A DNA stretch of 17,336 nucleotides from Promethearchaeota archaeon (GTDB lineage Archaea > Asgardarchaeota > Lokiarchaeia > Sigyniarchaeales > SOKP01), in assembly GCA_048940645.1 (NCBI GenBank), contig JBHLOI010000066.1:1-17336 (forward strand), in the 5' to 3' direction. The position numbers and the translations under genes were made by a program. Of the stretch, positions 8,830 through 17,208 are shown one piece after another (within the stretch, counting starts at the first letter, position 1; the number at the start of each line of letters is the position of its first letter). Under the pieces are notes generated by a model. The model was given only the letters and a program-made list of their open reading frames with translations, ran no database searches and was not told the origin of the DNA.

Positions 8830-9519
8830 ATGAAAAGTGTCCGGGTTGGATTACTTGGAGGGATGTCGTATGAATCTACCTTAAAATATTACCAATTATT
8901 CTTGGAGAAGTATTACGAAAAGGAACATAATTATTCTTATCCTGAAGTTGTTATATTTAGTCTAAATTTTCAGAAAGTAATAGATTATGAGCTTGGAAAT
9001 GAAAAAGAAAAGTATATAGAATATTTAATGGAAGGAGTAAGCTCTTTAGAGAATGCAGGAGTAGATTTTATATTCATGGCAGCTAATTCTCCTCACGCAG
9101 TTTATGAAGATTTGAAGAGTCAGGCAAAGGTTCCACTTCTTAGCATAGTAAAAGCAACGCTAGAAAAGGCAAAGAATGAAAATTTGAGGAAATTGCTATT
9201 ATTAGGTATCAAATTTACGATGCAATCTACCTTTTATCAAGAAGAATTCAAAGCACATGGAATGAAGGTAATAACCCCATTAGATAAAGAACAAGACGAG
9301 ATAGATAAAATTATTTTTGATGAATTAGTTATTGGCATACTTAATTCAGAAAGTAAACAAAGATTATTAAAGATTATAAGTAATTATAACGTAGATGGAG
9401 TAATTTTAGGATGTACTGAGCTTCCATTGATATTAAAACAAAAAGAATGTAAATTGAAATTACTAGATACAATAGAAATTCATGTTGATTCAGTTTTGGA
9501 TTATTGCATGTCTATATAA
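8830..9519 (+). CDS. Aspartate/glutamate racemase family protein (YgeA/RacX-like)
   Basis: 'GLLGGMSYEST', 'AANSPH' (at the CNT/TNT position), 'LLGIKFTMQ' and 'ILGCTELPL'. Confidence 0.88.
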   Translation: MKSVRVGLLGGMSYESTLKYYQLFLEKYYEKEHNYSYPEVVIFSLNFQKVIDYELGNEKEKYIEYLMEGVSSLENAGVDFIFMAANSPHAVYEDLKSQAKVPLLSIVKATLEKAKNENLRKLLLLGIKFTMQSTFYQEEFKAHGMKVITPLDKEQDEIDKIIFDELVIGILNSESKQRLLKIISNYNVDGVILGCTELPLILKQKECKLKLLDTIEIHVDSVLDYCMSI

Positions 9520-9728
9520 TTAATTTCTTTTCTTATAATTGCCTAAACTTGTTTTCTTTTTATCAAACTTTATTATAGTTAAGAGAATAACTTAAAAAAT
9601 TATCGCTTTGAAAGCTTTTTTAATTCTCAAACGTTATTAAATATAAAAAAATTAGAAAGGTTAGGCTTATTGGACGCTTTAAATTAACAAAGATTAAACT
9701 GAAGGATTTAGCTCCAATTTTATTAGTA

Positions 9729-11954
9729 ATGTTATTGTTATTCGTATCAATAGCATGTGCTAATATGCTGATCCCTAGTTATGCGGCTATTCAAGTAGAG
9801 TTTAATATTCCAGAGGCATTATTAGCAATTCCAGATGCTTTTTTCGTAGTGGTAAGCGCTTTTTTTGCTTTATTGTGGGGGTATTATACTGATCGAATTG
9901 ATAGAACAAAGGTTATATTAGCAGGTGCATTTTCTTGGACGTTTGGAATGACCCTAACTGGTTTTTCAACAAGCTATATCATGTTAGTAGTTTCAAGAAT
10001 GTTAAGTGGGGCAGGTCTGGGTTGTGTATTACCTGTAGGATACTCTATCATCTCTGATGCTATTCCGCCTGATGAACGATCTGGTTGGTTTGGTACATTA
10101 GCCATTTTAAGCTCAGTCTCAAATGGAGTTGGACAGGCTTTATCATCATTTATTGGTCCAATCTTAACATGGAGATTCCCATTCTTTTTATTATCTGGTA
10201 TAAGTATAGCTATAGTATTTTTTCTTTTTTTTGTTAAAATACCAAAACGCGGGGTAAGTGAGGCTGAATTATTAGACCTAACAGAACTAAATCTTGAATA
10301 TAGTTATACTATTTCTAAAAAAGATCTATCTAAAATCTTGAAAAAAAAGACAAACCGATATCTCATCCTCCAAAGCTTTTTTTCTATTATTCCTGGAACA
10401 ATTACAATTTATTTTCTAACTTCAATGTTAACCTTATATTATTTAAATGATTTACCATTACAAATTCGATTACAAACCGCTACTATCTTAGCAGGTATAT
10501 TAGGTATTGGATACATTATTGGCAATTTAGTTCTTTCTTATTTAGGGGATGTATTATATCGAAAGAATAAGAAAAATAGAACAAGACTTGCAATGGTTTG
10601 TATGATCAGTGCTTTCCCTTTCTATCTAGTTACACTGCTTCTTATTAAGCCAATTAGTATAACTGTTTTAAATATTACTTATCCTAGTCCAATTCCAACA
10701 TCTGAACTTGCTAATTATATTTTCTTAACATTAGGAGAAATTTTTTCGAAATATCCCAATTATATTTATTACTTTATTTTTGGGCTTATTGGTACAATTT
10801 TAATTGCTGGTCCAGTAGCGAATAGAAATGCTGTTATGATTGATATCAATTTACCCGAACATAGAGGAACATCTATTTCGTTCCTAAATCTTTCTGAACA
10901 AATTGGAAAGGGACTTACTTTATTTGTGTCCTATTTCTTAATTTCATTTTTGAATGGTATGTTTAATAATAGTGGAATATATAATATGATGTTTATTTCT
11001 GTATTTTTCTGGATACCTGCGTGTATTTTCTGGATATTTGCCAGTCGGAGCGTTGGGAAGGATTTAACCACCAAGTCGATGATTCTATCAGAAAGAAAAC
11101 AAGTTGGTTTATTAGACTATATTTTTGAATTAGAAATTCAAATGGATAGAGCAATTCAAAAAGTTCAAGACGCCAAATATTATATTTTGACTAATTCTGA
11201 AAAATTTAACAAGTTAATTGGTGAAGCCATTATAATTTTTAATTACTGTGAAAAAGAAGGTGAGTTTAGGAGCATCACCAATATTGAACAAAAAGCACGT
11301 GAGCTAAATATTAAAGCAACCGCGATAAAAAGTATGGCAAATCAGATTTATAAATTACTAGAAAGTGATGATTTATCACAGAAAGAAAGAAGTTTACATA
11401 ATGAAGATCTAAAGCAGATAGTATTAAAAATTGCTGAAGGAGAAAAAAGCACATTTGGAGAATTGCAGGTTTATTATGAGGATGCTAATTTAAAAATAAT
11501 AGAAGCACGATTGTTAAGGAAAAATAATTTAATTAAAAGTATGGTTAAAATTTTAGATGCTATTAAAACCTATGAAAGAGTAATAAATCTCCTGAATGAA
11601 AGATTAGAAGTGGTTAATGGTACTTCAGATTTATCTGAAGAAGATCAATTAGTTTATGAAAAAGAAAAAGAATTTTTTAAAAAATGTTCTAAATCCTTAA
11701 TAGCAACAAATAGATTAAAACAGGAATTTGAAGATATTTTTAAACAATTAGAAGAAAATGGAATTAATAAAGAAGACTTAGAAAAAATCTCTGACCTCAC
11801 TTTAGAATTTAATGTTGATTTATATAATGTAATTACTGATACATTTGGTCAAAATAAAGAAACAAAGAAGGTACTAAAAAAGATTTTGGATAAAATTGAT
11901 ACTATTTTTAATGAATATGATAAATGGAAAGAAGCTGAATTGAAAGTTTTTTAA
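9729..11954 (+). CDS. MFS transporter (about 12 TM helices) fused to a ~290-aa soluble helical C-terminal domain; start probably further upstream
   Basis: Motif A 'GYYTDRIDRTK', 'SRMLSGAGLG...IISDAIPPDERS', 'TWRFPF', second-half 'GDVLYRK' and 'LPEHRG'. Charged amphipathic tail after ~11060. The frame is open back to 9624. Confidence 0.88.
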   Translation: MLLLFVSIACANMLIPSYAAIQVEFNIPEALLAIPDAFFVVVSAFFALLWGYYTDRIDRTKVILAGAFSWTFGMTLTGFSTSYIMLVVSRMLSGAGLGCVLPVGYSIISDAIPPDERSGWFGTLAILSSVSNGVGQALSSFIGPILTWRFPFFLLSGISIAIVFFLFFVKIPKRGVSEAELLDLTELNLEYSYTISKKDLSKILKKKTNRYLILQSFFSIIPGTITIYFLTSMLTLYYLNDLPLQIRLQTATILAGILGIGYIIGNLVLSYLGDVLYRKNKKNRTRLAMVCMISAFPFYLVTLLLIKPISITVLNITYPSPIPTSELANYIFLTLGEIFSKYPNYIYYFIFGLIGTILIAGPVANRNAVMIDINLPEHRGTSISFLNLSEQIGKGLTLFVSYFLISFLNGMFNNSGIYNMMFISVFFWIPACIFWIFASRSVGKDLTTKSMILSERKQVGLLDYIFELEIQMDRAIQKVQDAKYYILTNSEKFNKLIGEAIIIFNYCEKEGEFRSITNIEQKARELNIKATAIKSMANQIYKLLESDDLSQKERSLHNEDLKQIVLKIAEGEKSTFGELQVYYEDANLKIIEARLLRKNNLIKSMVKILDAIKTYERVINLLNERLEVVNGTSDLSEEDQLVYEKEKEFFKKCSKSLIATNRLKQEFEDIFKQLEENGINKEDLEKISDLTLEFNVDLYNVITDTFGQNKETKKVLKKILDKIDTIFNEYDKWKEAELKVF

Positions 11955-11976
11955 TAAAATTCAAGCCAATATCGAA

Positions 11977-12282
11977 TTAGTCATTTAGAAATTCATTCGC
12001 TAAGAGTTCTTTAAAAAATTCTTTTTCTTTAGAAGAGAGTTCATTGCTACCTTTTCCTTTTTTATTATAGTGATCAGGACTATCATTGTTTGAGAATAAA
12101 TTAATTAATAAAATTAAACAACTACGAAGTTGGAAATTATCCTCTGGTGTAGTTTTACCATTGAAATTTCTCATTAATTTTATCAGTAGATTGCTTAACC
12201 AAACTTTATTAAATTGAACTGGATCATGAGCACTTTTTGCTTTATTGTGATAAAATTCCATAATTTGGGTTATGCAATCCAT
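11977..12282 (-). CDS. Hypothetical protein (101 aa, predicted helical)
   Basis: ATG start, plausible composition, fills the gap and converges on the MFS gene. No recognised motif. Confidence 0.7.
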   Translation of the reverse strand: MDCITQIMEFYHNKAKSAHDPVQFNKVWLSNLLIKLMRNFNGKTTPEDNFQLRSCLILLINLFSNNDSPDHYNKKGKGSNELSSKEKEFFKELLANEFLND

Positions 12283-12320
12283 TGAAATTATAACTATTTA
12301 TAGTTCTATAATCTGATAGA

Positions 12321-12343
12321 TTTCAGAATGTAGGATTCTGAAA
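12321..12343. promoter_or_regulatory. 9-bp perfect inverted repeat upstream of the 101-aa gene (candidate operator)
   Basis: TTTCAGAAT-gtagg-ATTCTGAAA, about 40-60 bp upstream of the ATG at 12282. Confidence 0.4.
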
Positions 12344-12490
12344 ATGGTTCCAACTATTATATGCTATCCTTACTAGACATACTTGTTCGAGTATAAAAAT
12401 TTTTTTGACCGAATTTCACAAGAGAATGTTGAAAATCAAAAATTCTTGAATTTGCATTAAAGATTTTAAAAAGAGTGGTTATAATCAAAT

Positions 12491-13036
12491 CTAAATACTT
12501 GCTACAAAATTCTCAATTGATTGCTCAAGATCAACTAAATCATCGATGTTTTTTATATCTGAACTCGCAATTTTACTTAAAAATTCTTTTAACAATTTTT
12601 CTTTACTCTTATTATGCGGAAAAATTAAACTGCTTTTGTAGTGTTCCCAGTCTATTATATTAGTGAAGATGAGGAATAAAATTTCAATATGGCTGTAATC
12701 TATTAGACTCTGGAGCTTTTCTTTAGTGATAAGAGTTTTTGTATGGTCTTTGTAAAAATCGGATAAATCATTATAATAATTGGTAATTCTGGCTATATTA
12801 TCTAATTGAGCACGAAGAGCGGCTTGATTAATGGGACTATCTTCGTCTTTGTACATTATTTCGAAATATGCATTGATAAAATCCTTAAGTCTTTGGAGTT
12901 TTTGTTGGAACACTCTTGTTTTCACAATTCGCTCAAACATCGGACTCTCTTTAATGGTATAAAACCGAAGTTCAAACTTAACTATTTCTAAAATATCTAA
13001 AAATAATTCTCTAATGTCAATACTGTTGCTTTCCAT
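12491..13036 (-). CDS. Hypothetical protein (181 aa, predicted helical)
   Basis: Long ATG-started ORF in AT-rich DNA with amphipathic helical patterning. No recognised motif. Confidence 0.78.
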   Translation of the reverse strand: MESNSIDIRELFLDILEIVKFELRFYTIKESPMFERIVKTRVFQQKLQRLKDFINAYFEIMYKDEDSPINQAALRAQLDNIARITNYYNDLSDFYKDHTKTLITKEKLQSLIDYSHIEILFLIFTNIIDWEHYKSSLIFPHNKSKEKLLKEFLSKIASSDIKNIDDLVDLEQSIENFVASI

Positions 13037-13113
13037 TTTAAAGAAGCATTTGATTTATCCTTAATAATTATTTATAGAATTCTAAAATTATTAAAACTTT
13101 TTATTTTCTCTAT

Positions 13114-14109
13114 TTAAAACTGTATAGGGAAGTTTCGACTTGGAATGATTTGGTTCCTATGTTTTGTGGGCATCTTCATTAGATTTTTTTTAACTAGCTT
13201 TTTGTAAACGATTGCTTTAACGTGAATTTTAATAATTCTGATAGGACATCGTAGCATAAAATAAAAAATATTTTGAGGTTTTTTCCTTAATTGGAGGAAT
13301 TTATTAAAAAATTGTTTTGATTTTATTTGGGATGCATAAGATTCGAGAGAAATAAATCTATTAATTATATAAATAAGAGTCTCAGTATCTTCAAAACAAT
13401 AATAATTCGCAGTCCTTAAGGTCCATTTTATCGCCTCTAACTGATACTTTATTGAATTAATTTTTTTTAAAGGAAATATTATTAGAGCAAAAAATGATAT
13501 GAATAAATTCATTACTGTACTTTTAAACATCTCTTTTATTGAAATGTTAATGCGAGGCTTGATATTATTTCTTAAATCTTCTCCATAAAGAACAGTACAA
13601 TTATCAATAACATTACTTAATACAATATTTCGAGGAGCAAATAATGCAGAAAACACTTTATTTACATGAAAAATTTTATGGAAATTAGCCTGTTCCCAGT
13701 ATTTTTGTTTCGTTAAAAAATGGCTTACGAACATTCCAGTTGAATATTGAATAACCCCTAAGATATTATTAAGCAAAGAAGGATTCGGTAATTTAAATTT
13801 ATGTTTTAATTCTAAAGCAATTAAATATTTTTCAATTTCTCTAATATATCCATTTGGTACTCGATTTTTGAAGATAAAAAGTAAATCACAGTCAGATATC
13901 AGAGACCTTTCTTGTTTCTTCTCAGATCTCTGACTTCCAAACAACATTATGGACAAAATCTTATTAATTCCAATTTCTTTATGAATCAAGGTTATTACGT
14001 CTTTGATATAATTTCTTGACCTCTCACTAATGTCTTTTAAATTGGAGGATATCCTATTTTTTAAATTATTTAACGGAATATTCGATTTGGTTTCTACCAA
14101 TATGATCAA
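13114..14109 (-). CDS. DNA polymerase beta-superfamily nucleotidyltransferase with a C-terminal helical domain
   Basis: 'SIMLFGS-x11-SDCDLLFIF' (GS at ~13933-13938, DxD at ~13885-13893), 'VLYGED' at the end of the NTase domain, then a helical C-terminal half. TTG start is uncertain. Confidence 0.8.
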   Translation of the reverse strand: MIILVETKSNIPLNNLKNRISSNLKDISERSRNYIKDVITLIHKEIGINKILSIMLFGSQRSEKKQERSLISDCDLLFIFKNRVPNGYIREIEKYLIALELKHKFKLPNPSLLNNILGVIQYSTGMFVSHFLTKQKYWEQANFHKIFHVNKVFSALFAPRNIVLSNVIDNCTVLYGEDLRNNIKPRINISIKEMFKSTVMNLFISFFALIIFPLKKINSIKYQLEAIKWTLRTANYYCFEDTETLIYIINRFISLESYASQIKSKQFFNKFLQLRKKPQNIFYFMLRCPIRIIKIHVKAIVYKKLVKKNLMKMPTKHRNQIIPSRNFPIQF

Positions 14110-14182
14110 TAACGAATTAATTTCCTATTTTATAAATTTTATAAAATAAAAAAACAAAATTTAGTAAATTCATAATAGTTAG

Positions 14183-16195
14183 CTATATACTGTTTCCTAC
14201 CTTATAACCCTTACTTACAGCTTCCATAACGGTTTCAGGCTTTTTGACATCACCGATTTTCACAGTGCTATAAGTGCCAAGTTCTTTTAATTCATTGTAA
14301 AGATTATCATTTGGTTTTACTCCCGTTGCATAATATACCATATCAATATCATTGATAACCTGTTCAGTATCATTAGCATCTATATAGGATACATAATTCT
14401 CTCCAATTTCAGTAACCTTTACACTAGTAAGCATTTTAACTCCTAAAGCATCACATTTATCTAGCATAACCCATTTAGTTGTTTTTCCTAAAGCTGAACC
14501 AAGTTTAGGTAATTGTTCTAAAACTGTTACTTTATTTCTTGCCCCATGGAGCATATTTAAAGCAACATCAGGCTCTAATGCTTTATAAAATGTGAGAAAG
14601 TCAAAGGCTTCACGACTTAGTGCTCCATATTTAGCTAAATATATTGCTAATTCAATACCGGTTGCACCACCACCAATTATGACACTATTTTTACCTATGG
14701 GAGCATCTCCACTAAATACAAGATTAGCCCAGTACACATTTCCTCGATCTATACCTGGAATTGGCGGTAAAATAGGTTTTGAACCAGTAGCTACAAAAAC
14801 TACATCCGGGTTAAATTCTTTAATTTTATCGAGATTAACTTCCTCTTGAAGGTGTACAGTTATACCATATTTCTGAATCCAATATGTGTAATTTTCAATC
14901 ATTCTTTTAAATTCATTTCTGCCAGGTGGTACCCAAATTATATTTATAAGTCCACCAATTTTATCTTCTTTTTCAAAAATATGTACGTCATGCCCTCTCA
15001 TTGCAGCTACACGTGCAGCTTCCAAACCTCCAGGTCCAGAACCAATCACCATAACCTTTTTCTTCTCTTTTAAAGGTTTCAACTCAGTTCGAGCTTCATT
15101 TCCTGCTCTAGCATTTCTTAAACAAGTAACAGATGATAATTTAAAAATACTATCAAAGCATCCCTGATTACAACCAACACAGTTCATTATATCTCGTAAA
15201 TCGCCTCTTTTTGCTTTCATTGGCAAATAAGGATCAGCTATTAGAGTTCTACCCATACAAATTGCATCTGCCTTACCAGCCATTAATATACTTTCTGCCA
15301 ATTCCGGGTTATTGATTCTATTGGAAGCGAAAACTGGAATAGATACATGTTTCTTGATATTTTCTGCTAGATACGTATAGCATCCTTCGGGAACATCCAT
15401 GGTAGTTTGAGGTGTTTTTGTAACGTGCCATCCTCCAGTAACATTAAGATAATCTAAATGTTTTCCTAATTTTTCAGCGATTAATGCTTTTTCTTTATAA
15501 GTATTACTTCCTGGTACAAAATCATCTCCTGAAATTCGATATCCAATATTAAAATCTTCTGCACTTGATCTCATTAGTTCAATTGTCTCAATTGGAAATC
15601 TAATCCGATTCTCAAGATCTCCACCGTATTCATCTGTTCTTTTATTTTTTAAAGGTGAAAGAAATTGATCCATTAGATAGCCAGCATTAGCACAAATCTC
15701 AACAGCATCAAAACCTGCTTTTTTAGCACGTAGGGTTGCTTCTGCAAATGCTTGTTGCTCATTTTTAATATCATCAAGAGTCATTTCTCGAGGGGTTGCC
15801 TTACTAAATTTGCTATATACTGCAGAAGGAGCAATGGGTGTTCTTCCAATTATCTGTGGGTATGTATAGGCGCCACCGTGGTATAATTGGCAACAAATTT
15901 TAACATCACTCCTTGCATTATGCACAGCATTTGTTAGCTCGGTTAACATTGGAAGATATTTATCATTTTCTATAGAAATCATCATTGGGTGTCCTTTTGC
16001 GTAAAGATCTATATAACAACCACCTACAATAAGCATAGCAGCGCCTCCCTTCGCCCTTTCAACGTAAAAATCAATTAATTTTTGCGTAATAAAGCCATCA
16101 TTAGCGTAATTGAGATTTATTGCGGGCATAACTATACGATTTGATATAGTCATGCGATTTATTTTCAAAGGTTTAAATAATTTGAAAAATTTCAT
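14183..16195 (-). CDS. fadH: 2,4-dienoyl-CoA reductase (FadH-type OYE TIM barrel + 4Fe-4S + FAD/NADPH domains)
   Basis: 'NRIVMPA', 'QLYHGG', 'ANAGYLMDQF' (FadH-type Tyr, no OYE HxxH/N), 'NKRTDEYGG', 'GGWH', 'CVGCNQGCFD...C..N', 'GSGPGG' and 'GGGATG'. SD AGGAG at 16202-16206. Confidence 0.85.
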   Translation of the reverse strand: MKFFKLFKPLKINRMTISNRIVMPAINLNYANDGFITQKLIDFYVERAKGGAAMLIVGGCYIDLYAKGHPMMISIENDKYLPMLTELTNAVHNARSDVKICCQLYHGGAYTYPQIIGRTPIAPSAVYSKFSKATPREMTLDDIKNEQQAFAEATLRAKKAGFDAVEICANAGYLMDQFLSPLKNKRTDEYGGDLENRIRFPIETIELMRSSAEDFNIGYRISGDDFVPGSNTYKEKALIAEKLGKHLDYLNVTGGWHVTKTPQTTMDVPEGCYTYLAENIKKHVSIPVFASNRINNPELAESILMAGKADAICMGRTLIADPYLPMKAKRGDLRDIMNCVGCNQGCFDSIFKLSSVTCLRNARAGNEARTELKPLKEKKKVMVIGSGPGGLEAARVAAMRGHDVHIFEKEDKIGGLINIIWVPPGRNEFKRMIENYTYWIQKYGITVHLQEEVNLDKIKEFNPDVVFVATGSKPILPPIPGIDRGNVYWANLVFSGDAPIGKNSVIIGGGATGIELAIYLAKYGALSREAFDFLTFYKALEPDVALNMLHGARNKVTVLEQLPKLGSALGKTTKWVMLDKCDALGVKMLTSVKVTEIGENYVSYIDANDTEQVINDIDMVYYATGVKPNDNLYNELKELGTYSTVKIGDVKKPETVMEAVSKGYKVGNSI

Positions 16196-16249
16196 ATGAA
16201 ACTCCTATAAAATAGATTTAAAATATTAATTTTGTTAGATATTAAAATT

Positions 16250-16271
16250 GATAACAACTTAAATTGTTATC
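16250..16271. promoter_or_regulatory. 8-bp inverted repeat upstream of fadH (candidate operator)
   Basis: GATAACAA-cttaaa-TTGTTATC, with a related half-site GTTATCAATT at 16305-16314. Confidence 0.45.
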
Positions 16272-16395
16272 TCTTGTAAAAATTATGTCAGATCTAGAAG
16301 AAGAGTTATCAATTAATTTAATTTTGATTGATTATTTAATTTTTTTATTAAAAATCGTACGTATTAAATAATAATTCGAAAAGGTTTATGCTTCT

Positions 16396-17187
16396 TTAAC
16401 GGAAGTATGAATCCGATCCTCTATCTTCTCGGGCACCTTTCATAAAATGTTCTGCTTGCTTCTTATAAGACTCAATCACACTCTCCATTTCTTCAATTTT
16501 TTTATCTAATTCTTCAAATCCCATTTCAATATTAAAGTAATCTTTAAGTATTGTAACTAAAGCTTTCGAAGCTCGAGGATCTAAAGACATCATAGGTAAG
16601 GGTAATGTTTCTGCTAATAAACAAATTCCAGGTGCAAATCCTTTTTGTCCTGCCCACGCAGGTAAAATCCCATTGGCTCCAGCAATTACTCCCCCGTCCA
16701 TAATTTTTGTATCTTTCTGTTTTAAAAAAGATTTCACCACGTCATGATCAGTACCACATACATGAACCATTGGTTCATCTCTAATTTTATCTGAGACCAT
16801 TGCACCAGTACTTACATACATGGTGATTTTTCCTTCTGTTATTTTATCCATTTCTTCACAAAATTTTTGAGAAAACTCAAAAACACCTTCAGGAGTTTGA
16901 GGTTGGTAATTAGCTGTTAATATAAATAAGTCATTTTCTTTTTTTCCAGGTCTAGATTTATAATATACTTCTGCTGTTGGGATTTCTAATTTGCCTTTTT
17001 CTACATTTGATTTGGGCGGAAAATCAAAATATTCTATATTCAAGAACTCTTTTGCCTTAACAGAGTCTTTTATTGACGTTATAGCTAATTTCGCAACTAA
17101 AGCTATTCCAGGCCAGCCTATAAGTACTACTGGATTATGAATTTCTTCAACTTTTAAATCAAATTTTTTTATAATATTGATATACAT
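16396..17187 (-). CDS. PAC2 family proteasome assembly chaperone (PbaA/PbaB-like)
   Basis: 'PVVLIGWPGIALVAKLA', 'FPP', 'STGA', 'GGVIAGANGIL', 'CLLAET...DPRAS', a C-terminal coiled coil and an acidic tail ending SYFR. SD AGGAG at 17194-17198. Confidence 0.9.
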   Translation of the reverse strand: MYINIIKKFDLKVEEIHNPVVLIGWPGIALVAKLAITSIKDSVKAKEFLNIEYFDFPPKSNVEKGKLEIPTAEVYYKSRPGKKENDLFILTANYQPQTPEGVFEFSQKFCEEMDKITEGKITMYVSTGAMVSDKIRDEPMVHVCGTDHDVVKSFLKQKDTKIMDGGVIAGANGILPAWAGQKGFAPGICLLAETLPLPMMSLDPRASKALVTILKDYFNIEMGFEELDKKIEEMESVIESYKKQAEHFMKGAREDRGSDSYFR

Positions 17188-17208
17188 AATTTTCTCCTAT
17201 TTTTATTA

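Noticed and set aside
7751-9600. Genomic island integrated at tRNA-Ala carrying the flavoprotein and racemase genes
   Set aside because: No integrase or transposase, and no duplicated tRNA 3' end seen. The 10-bp ATTTCACGAA repeat (7864-7873, 8590-8599) is too short to count as an att site.
12475-12991. + strand ORFs 12475-12663 and 12806-12991
   Set aside because: Short, and they overlap the longer, more protein-like 181-aa ORF on the opposite strand.
13114-14109. CBASS CD-NTase or MNT-HEPN toxin-antitoxin system
   Set aside because: No recognisable Cap effector nearby, no evident third catalytic Asp, and no convincing HEPN Rx4-6H motif in the neighbouring small proteins.
14592-15073. + strand ORFs 14592-14849 and 14846-15073
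   Set aside because: Antisense to fadH.
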